Below, piece after piece: positions 58,162 to 64,000 of a stretch of 64,000 nt of DNA (position 1 is its first letter; each line of letters starts with the position of its first letter). Source of the stretch: an uncultured Frigidibacter sp. (GTDB lineage Bacteria; Pseudomonadota; Alphaproteobacteria; Rhodobacterales; Rhodobacteraceae); NCBI GenBank assembly GCA_964600685.1, contig CAZRKU010000003.1, forward strand, positions 196 to 64,195, read 5' to 3'. The notes beneath the pieces are model-generated. The model was given only the letters and a program-made list of their open reading frames with translations, did no database searches and had not been told where the DNA came from. The position numbers were made by a program, and so were the translations under genes.

Positions 58162-58321
58162 CGATAGGTAATTAGTGCTGCCATTATTTTAACAAAAAAT
58201 TGGATGAGCTGCGATTTCATCCTCGATAAATGTGAATATGGGTCAGTATATGTGACTTTTATTTCACGAGCAGGCGCTGTAGCACTTGGTCCGATGATCT
58301 TTTCGGGGGAGTCCGGCACCC

Positions 58322-59758
58322 ATGGCCCAGAACCGCATGCTTCAGTTCGTCACGCGCGGCAAGGAAATGCCGGAAAAGCGCGGAGCAGAGGACCGGTCGC
58401 AGGACTTCGGTGAGATCTATCGGGAATTCGCGCGCGACAAGGCGGCGGAGCAGGCGGCGCGGTGCAGCCAGTGCGGCGTGCCCTACTGCCAGTCGCACTG
58501 CCCGCTGCATAACAACATCCCCGACTGGTTGCGCCTGACTGCCGAAGGGCGGCTGCAGGAGGCTTACGAACTGTCGCAGGCCACCAACAGCTTCCCCGAA
58601 ATCTGCGGGCGCATCTGCCCGCAAGACCGGCTGTGCGAAGGCAATTGCGTGATCGAACAATCGGGCCATGGCACCGTCACCATCGGCGCGGTCGAGAAAT
58701 ACCTGACCGACCTGGCCTGGGCCGAGGGCTGGGTCAAACCCATCGTCCCCGTGGCGGAACGGGCCGAAAGCGTCGGCATCATCGGTGCCGGCCCCGGTGG
58801 CCTCGCCGCAGCCGAGGTGCTGCGGCGGCGGGGGGTGCAGGTCACGATCTATGACCGCCATGACCGCGCGGGCGGTTTGCTGACCTACGGCATTCCCGGC
58901 TTCAAGCTGGAAAAGGAGGTCGTCATGCAACGGATTGCGCAACTCGAGACGGGCGGAGTGCAGTTCGTGCTGAACTGCGATGTCGGGGTGGATCTGTCGT
59001 TCGATGCGATCCGGGGCAAGCATGATGCGGTGCTGATCGCCACCGGCGTCTACAAGACGCGTGATCTGGAGGGGCCGGGGTCGGGCCAGGCGGGGATCGT
59101 GCGCGCCATTGATTATCTGACCGCGTCGAACCGCAAGGGCTTTGGCGATGAGGTGCCCGCCTACGATTCGGGCGAGTTGAATGCGGCCGGCAAGCGGGTC
59201 GTGGTGATCGGCGGTGGCGATACGGCGATGGACTGTGTGCGCACGGCGATCCGGCAGGGTGCCACATCGGTCAAATGTCTCTATCGCCGCGACCGCGCCA
59301 ACATGCCGGGCAGCCAGCGCGAGGTGCAGAATGCCGAGGAGGAGGGCGTGGAGTTCGTCTGGCTCACCACACCCAGGGCCTTCACCGGAAACGGAAAGGT
59401 CGAAGGTGTGATCGTCGAGAAGATGCGCCTTGGCGCGCCGGACGCAACCGGCCGTCAGGCCCCGGAAGTGATCGAAGGCGCCGAGTTCACCGAGGAAGCC
59501 CAACTGGTGGTCCAGGCGCTGGGGTTCGAGCCGGAAGACCTGCCGAAACTCTGGGGGGTGGACGATCTGCCGGTTACCCGCTGGGGCACGATCAAGGCAC
59601 AGTTCGGCACGCATGCGACCGCGCTGCCCGGCATCTATGCGGTGGGCGACATCGTGCGGGGCGCGAGGCTTGTCGTCTGGGCGATCCGCGACGGGCGCGA
59701 GGCGGCGGCGGCGATGCTCGACTATCTGGCGCAGGGCGCACGGGTGGCGGCGGAATGA
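58322..59758 (+). CDS. gltD: Glutamate synthase (NADPH) small subunit
   Basis: 478 aa. N-terminal Fe-S cysteines (CSQCGVPYCQSHCPLHNNIP; CGRICPQDRLCEGNC) and two dinucleotide-binding motifs (IIGAGPGGLAAA; VIGGGDTAMDC). Confidence 0.92.
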   Translation: MAQNRMLQFVTRGKEMPEKRGAEDRSQDFGEIYREFARDKAAEQAARCSQCGVPYCQSHCPLHNNIPDWLRLTAEGRLQEAYELSQATNSFPEICGRICPQDRLCEGNCVIEQSGHGTVTIGAVEKYLTDLAWAEGWVKPIVPVAERAESVGIIGAGPGGLAAAEVLRRRGVQVTIYDRHDRAGGLLTYGIPGFKLEKEVVMQRIAQLETGGVQFVLNCDVGVDLSFDAIRGKHDAVLIATGVYKTRDLEGPGSGQAGIVRAIDYLTASNRKGFGDEVPAYDSGELNAAGKRVVVIGGGDTAMDCVRTAIRQGATSVKCLYRRDRANMPGSQREVQNAEEEGVEFVWLTTPRAFTGNGKVEGVIVEKMRLGAPDATGRQAPEVIEGAEFTEEAQLVVQALGFEPEDLPKLWGVDDLPVTRWGTIKAQFGTHATALPGIYAVGDIVRGARLVVWAIRDGREAAAAMLDYLAQGARVAAE

Positions 59759-59784
59759 GGGGTATGCTGGCCGATATATGCAAG

Positions 59785-59818
59785 GCGTATGGCAAGCGTA
59801 TGGCAAAGCGCCATACGC
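59785..59818. repeat. Direct repeat GCGTATGGCAA x2 followed by its inverted copy (9-bp hairpin)
   Basis: gcgtatggcaa occurs at 59785-59795 and 59796-59806. GCGTATGGC (59796-59804) pairs with GCCATACGC (59810-59818). It lies just after the gltD stop and may be a terminator-like hairpin, but there is no T-run. Confidence 0.7.
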
Positions 59819-59879
59819 GCGCCGGCCCCGCTTCGGACCGGCCAAAAAAATGTCAGCAACTCTGACATAGGAGTGAGAG

Positions 59880-60611
59880 ATGAAACGACTGCTGCCCCTG
59901 CTGATCCTTGCCGCCGGCCCGGCATTCGCGGCGGACCAGTTCCAACCACCCGAAGGCTGCGAGGCCTTCCTGACCGTGCAACATTCCGACTGCCAGATTT
60001 CCTATCACTATATCTGCGCCAGCGATCCGAAGGGCGATCAGTGGGCGGTCTATGCGGGGTCCGACGGCCCCTACTACATGTCGCGGATCGACAGCGAGAC
60101 ACGCTGGATCGAAAGCCACGATCTGGTCACGCCGGAAAGCGATGCGCTGGCCAGCGAAAGCAACCCCGCGTCGTTCAGCACGCTGCTGGACACGGGCCGT
60201 GACGATTTCGACTTCACCACCAAAAGCAGCGCGGGCGAGGTGCGCCGCTATGTCGGGTTCGACAAACTCTCCGGCGGGCCGGTCACGATCGACGGGGTGG
60301 CGCTGGAACGGACGGAGTTCAAGCTGGAAACCTTCGATGCCTCTGGCGCGTTCCTGCATCGGCGCATCGGCAGCCAGCTGATCAGCCGGGACTGGCGGCT
60401 GTTCTTTTCGGACCGCGAGCGTTTCGAAAATGCCTATGGCGATCAGGAAGACAGCCAGTCCACCCCGATCAGCTTCGCCTTTCCCGGCGAGAAGGGCTTT
60501 CTGTCCACGACCCCGCAATTCGGCTGCAACCAGATGATGACCGAAGGCGAAGCCCTTGCCCCGGTTCCTGCCAGCTTTGCCCCGGCGTCTGACCTGGGGA
60601 CGCCGCGATGA
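59880..60611 (+). CDS. Hypothetical secreted/periplasmic protein
   Basis: Signal peptide MKRLLPLLILAAGPAFA with a predicted cleavage before ADQ. 243 aa, cysteine pairs near the N-terminus, and a GGAG Shine-Dalgarno upstream. No family recognised. Confidence 0.6.
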   Translation: MKRLLPLLILAAGPAFAADQFQPPEGCEAFLTVQHSDCQISYHYICASDPKGDQWAVYAGSDGPYYMSRIDSETRWIESHDLVTPESDALASESNPASFSTLLDTGRDDFDFTTKSSAGEVRRYVGFDKLSGGPVTIDGVALERTEFKLETFDASGAFLHRRIGSQLISRDWRLFFSDRERFENAYGDQEDSQSTPISFAFPGEKGFLSTTPQFGCNQMMTEGEALAPVPASFAPASDLGTPR

Positions 60612-61033
60612 TCGAAGGGCATTGCCTGTGCGGCGCCGTCCGCATCACCATCACTGAGCATGGCGGCTTCACCGGCGCCTGCCATTGCCGCATGTGCCAG
60701 CGCTGGTCGGGGGCGCTGTTCGTCAGTTTCAATGCGCCGGCCGCGTCGGTGAAGGTGACGGGAGCGGTTGCCCGCTATCAGTCGTCGTATTTCGCCGAGC
60801 GGGTCTTTTGCCCCACCTGCGGGTCGCATCTGTGGGCCAGGAACACCGACATGCTTGATGCGCCCTACGATCTGATGCCGGGGCTGTTTGACGCGGCGCG
60901 CGACATTCCGCTGACAAGCGAGATCTACACCGACCGCGCCCTGCCCGGCCTTGCCCTTGCCGGCGATCACCGGCGCGCCGGCCGCGCCGAATACGAAGCC
61001 GGGAACGCCCATATCGAAGGAGACGCCCCATGA
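60608..61033 (+). CDS. GFA family (glutathione-dependent formaldehyde-activating-like) zinc protein
   Basis: MIEGHCLCGAV...HCRMCQRWSG...CPTCGSHLW cysteine pattern. 141 aa, with ATGA overlaps at both ends. Confidence 0.8.
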   Translation: MIEGHCLCGAVRITITEHGGFTGACHCRMCQRWSGALFVSFNAPAASVKVTGAVARYQSSYFAERVFCPTCGSHLWARNTDMLDAPYDLMPGLFDAARDIPLTSEIYTDRALPGLALAGDHRRAGRAEYEAGNAHIEGDAP

Positions 61034-64000
61034 CCGAGTTCAACCCATCCTGGGAGCGTGACGAAGAGGCCCGCCGCGCCTGGTTCGCGGAGAACGGGCT
61101 TTACCGCGGCGAGGACGAGCATTCCTCCTGCGGCGTCGGGCTTGTCGTGTCGATCAACGGCAAGGCCAGCCGCAAGGTCGTGCAGAACGGAATCGACGCG
61201 CTGAAAGCCGTCTGGCACCGGGGCGCGGTCGATGCCGACGGCAAGACCGGCGACGGGGCGGGCATCCATGTGCAGATCCCGGTCAGGTTCTTCTACGACC
61301 AGGTGCGCCGCACCGGGCATGAGCCGGATCCGAAAAAGCTGATCGCCGTGGGCCAGGTCTTTCTGCCGCGCACCGATTTCGGTGCACAGGAACGCTGCCG
61401 GACCATCGTGGAAACCGAAGTGCTGCGCATGGGCCATTACATCTATGGCTGGCGCCATGTGCCGGTGAACACCTCGGTGCTGGGCGAAAAGGCCAATGCC
61501 ACGCGGCCCGAGATCGAACAGATCCTGATCCGCTGCGAAAAGCCGATCGATCAGGTCCAGTTCGAGCGCGAGCTTTACATCATCCGCCGCCGGATCGAGA
61601 AGGCGGCCATCGCCGCGCAGATCGCGGGGATGTATCTGTGCAGCCTGTCCTGCCGGTCGATCATCTACAAGGGGATGATGCTGGCCGAACAGGTCGCGAC
61701 CTTCTATCCCGACCTTGAGGATGAGCGGTTCGAGAGCGCCTTCGCGATCTATCACCAGCGTTATTCCACCAACACCTTCCCGCAATGGTCGCTGGCCCAG
61801 CCCTTCCGCATGCTCGCCCACAATGGCGAGATCAACACGCTGAAGGGCAACGTCAACTGGATGAAGAGCCACGAGATCCGCATGGCGTCGGGTGCCTTCG
61901 GCGAGATGGCCGAGGATATCAAGCCGATCATCCCCTTCGGCACATCGGATTCTGGCGCGCTGGATTCGGTGTTCGAGGCGCTGGTGCGCGCCGGCCGGTC
62001 GGCGCCGATGGCCAAGACCATGATGGTGCCCGAAGCCTGGTCGAAGTCGGCGGTGGAGATGCCGAAGCCCTGGCAGGACATGTATGCCTATTGCAACAGC
62101 GTGATGGAGCCGTGGGACGGCCCCGCGGCGCTGGCGATGACAGACGGCCGCTGGGTCGTCGGCGGGCTGGACCGCAATGGGCTGCGCCCGATGCGCTATG
62201 TGCTGACCGGCGACGGGTTGCTGATCGCCGGCTCCGAGGCCGGAATGGTGCCGGTCGACGAGATGACGGTGCGCGAAAAGGGGGCGCTGGGACCGGGGCA
62301 GATGATCGCGGTCGACATGGCCGAGGGCAAGCTCTACCGCGACTGGGACCTGAAGGACCGGCTGGCCGCCAGCCAGCCGTTCGGCGACTGGGTGGCCAAG
62401 GTCATCGACCTGAATGCGCGCATGGTCAATGTGCCGGAGAAGGCGCTGTTCGAGGGCGCCGACCTGCGCCGCCGCCAGATTGCCGCGGGCTATACGCTGG
62501 AGGAGCTGGAACAGGTTCTGGCGCCGATGGCCGAGGACGGCAAGGAAATGGTCGCCTCCATGGGCGATGATACGCCGCCGGCGGTCCTGTCGGGACAATA
62601 CCGGCCGCTGAGCCATTACTTCCGCCAGAACTTCAGCCAGGTGACCAACCCGCCCATCGACAGCTTGCGTGAAAGCCGGGTGATGAGCCTGAAAACCCGC
62701 TTCGGCAACCTGACGAACGTGCTGGCCGAAGACAGCAGCCAGACGGAGATCCTGGTTCTGGAAAGCCCGTTCATCGCCAACGCCGAGTTTGACGAGATGG
62801 TGCGGCTCTTCGGGGCGCGCGTCGCGTTCATCGACTGTTCCTTCCCGGCGGACACCGGCGAAGACGCGCTGCGCCAGGGGCTGGAGCGGGTGCGGGCCGA
62901 GGCGGAGGATGCGGTGCGCTCGGGGGCGGGGCATCTGGTCCTGACCGACCAGCATCAGGGTGAGGGCCGGGTGGCCATGCCGATGATCCTGGCGACGAGC
63001 GCGGTCCACAGCTGGCTGACGCGCAAGGGTCTGAGAACCTTCACCTCGCTCAACGTGCGGGCGGCGGAATGTATCGACCCCCATTATTTCGCGGTCCTGA
63101 TCGGATCGGGCGCCACGACGGTGAACGCCTATCTCGCGCAGGATTCGATTGCCGACCGGCTGCGGCGCGGGCTGCTGGACGGAACGCTTGAGGACAACCT
63201 GCGGCGCTACCGCGAGGCGATCGACGGCGGGCTGCTGAAGATCATGTCGAAGATGGGGATCTCGGTCATCTCCTCCTATCGCGGCGGGCTGAACTTCGAG
63301 GCGATCGGGCTGTCGCGGGCGATGGTTGCCGAATATTTCCCCGGCATGCACAGCCGGATTTCCGGGATCGGCATCACCGGCATCCAGCACAAGGTGGCGG
63401 AAATCCACGCGCGGGGCTGGCGGGGTGGCGCGGACGTGCTGCCGATCGGCGGCTTCTACAAGGCGCGGCGGTCGGGCGAAAAGCACGCCTGGGAAGCGCA
63501 GACGATGCACATGCTGCAATCGGCCTGCGACCGGGCGTCCTATGATCTCTGGAAACAGTATTCGGCCGCGATGCGGGCGAATCCGCCGATCCATATCCGC
63601 GACCTTCTGGACGTGAAGGCGCTGGGCCGTCCGGTGCCGATCGAGGAGGTCGAAAGCATCACCTCGATCAGGAAGCGCTTCGTGACGCCCGGTATGTCGC
63701 TTGGCGCGCTGTCGCCCGAGGCGCACAAGACCCTGAACATCGCCATGAACCGCATCGGCGCCAAGTCCGACAGCGGCGAGGGCGGTGAGGACCCGGCGCA
63801 TTTCCTGCCGGAGCCGAATGGCGACAACCCGTCGGCGAAGATCAAGCAGGTCGCTTCCGGCCGTTTCGGCGTGACGGCGGAGTACCTCAATGCCTGCGAG
63901 GAACTGGAGATCAAGGTGGCGCAGGGCGCCAAGCCCGGCGAGGGCGGCCAGTTGCCCGGCATGAAGGTGACGAAGCTGATCGCGCGGCTCAGGCATTCGA
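61030..64000 (+). CDS. gltB: Glutamate synthase large subunit, 5' part (runs off window end)
   Basis: Own translation from the ATG at 61030: MTEFNPSWERDEEARRAWFAENGLYRGEDEHSSCGVGLVVSINGKASRKVVQNGIDALKAVWHRGAVDADGKTGDGAGIHVQIP... The Ntn-amidotransferase Cys follows a propeptide. The frame is open to position 64000, so it is absent from the ORF track. Confidence 0.95.
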   Translation, partial: MTEFNPSWERDEEARRAWFAENGLYRGEDEHSSCGVGLVVSINGKASRKVVQNGIDALKAVWHRGAVDADGKTGDGAGIHVQIPVRFFYDQVRRTGHEPDPKKLIAVGQVFLPRTDFGAQERCRTIVETEVLRMGHYIYGWRHVPVNTSVLGEKANATRPEIEQILIRCEKPIDQVQFERELYIIRRRIEKAAIAAQIAGMYLCSLSCRSIIYKGMMLAEQVATFYPDLEDERFESAFAIYHQRYSTNTFPQWSLAQPFRMLAHNGEINTLKGNVNWMKSHEIRMASGAFGEMAEDIKPIIPFGTSDSGALDSVFEALVRAGRSAPMAKTMMVPEAWSKSAVEMPKPWQDMYAYCNSVMEPWDGPAALAMTDGRWVVGGLDRNGLRPMRYVLTGDGLLIAGSEAGMVPVDEMTVREKGALGPGQMIAVDMAEGKLYRDWDLKDRLAASQPFGDWVAKVIDLNARMVNVPEKALFEGADLRRRQIAAGYTLEELEQVLAPMAEDGKEMVASMGDDTPPAVLSGQYRPLSHYFRQNFSQVTNPPIDSLRESRVMSLKTRFGNLTNVLAEDSSQTEILVLESPFIANAEFDEMVRLFGARVAFIDCSFPADTGEDALRQGLERVRAEAEDAVRSGAGHLVLTDQHQGEGRVAMPMILATSAVHSWLTRKGLRTFTSLNVRAAECIDPHYFAVLIGSGATTVNAYLAQDSIADRLRRGLLDGTLEDNLRRYREAIDGGLLKIMSKMGISVISSYRGGLNFEAIGLSRAMVAEYFPGMHSRISGIGITGIQHKVAEIHARGWRGGADVLPIGGFYKARRSGEKHAWEAQTMHMLQSACDRASYDLWKQYSAAMRANPPIHIRDLLDVKALGRPVPIEEVESITSIRKRFVTPGMSLGALSPEAHKTLNIAMNRIGAKSDSGEGGEDPAHFLPEPNGDNPSAKIKQVASGRFGVTAEYLNACEELEIKVAQGAKPGEGGQLPGMKVTKLIARLRHS

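Noticed and set aside
58204-58413. 69-aa ORF in the AT-rich gltD upstream region
   Set aside because: It starts in AT-rich promoter-like DNA and runs out of frame into the gltD coding region. Its composition is atypical and it lacks a Shine-Dalgarno, so it is most likely spurious.
60967-63996. 1009-aa ORF on the minus strand
   Set aside because: It is exactly antisense to the clearly recognisable gltB frame. The sequence is Arg/Ala/Gly/Pro/His-rich low-complexity with no motifs. It is a typical stop-codon-poor shadow ORF of a high-GC gene.

Overview
High-GC (about 65-70%) chromosomal segment from an alphaproteobacterium. Gene content and protein sequences (PetABC/FbcFBC, DnaKJ, GltBD) look like Rhodobacteraceae/Paracoccaceae. 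Most of the window is densely packed core genome: an RND efflux pair, dapF-mtaB, the cytochrome bc1 operon petABC, thiBPQ behind a TPP riboswitch, aroC, amn-ade purine salvage, msrBA, an HDAC-xseB-ispA-dxs operon, a petP/petR-like MarR plus OmpR-type pair, ilvE, queG-dnaJ-dnaK, alkB, ptsN-hpf, lptBAC-kdsD-rnd, uppP, and gltD...gltB (gltB runs off the 3' end). There are two tRNAs, Lys-UUU and Leu-CAG. I found no CRISPR array, transposase, integrase, prophage or recognisable defence or toxin-antitoxin genes. The only accessory-looking block is a surface-polysaccharide locus at about 39.4-50.5 kb. It holds an orphan KpsM-like permease, cysQ, kdsB, four glycosyltransferases (one a eukaryote-type GT14 'branching' domain fused to an uncharacterised domain), galU, galE and a two-domain sulfotransferase. 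I read it as a candidate pathway for a sulfated, possibly Kdo-containing glycan, and it is the best candidate here for poorly described biology. Other points of note are three decayed genes (a frameshifted SRPBCC gene, a truncated PaiB gene, and a multi-frame remnant upstream of ade), the absence of rpoN from the lptB-hpf-ptsN block, and two genes inserted between gltD and gltB. All functional calls come from my own reading of the translated ORFs and motifs. No database search was run. Many track ORFs begin upstream of the likely true start, and I give my preferred starts.
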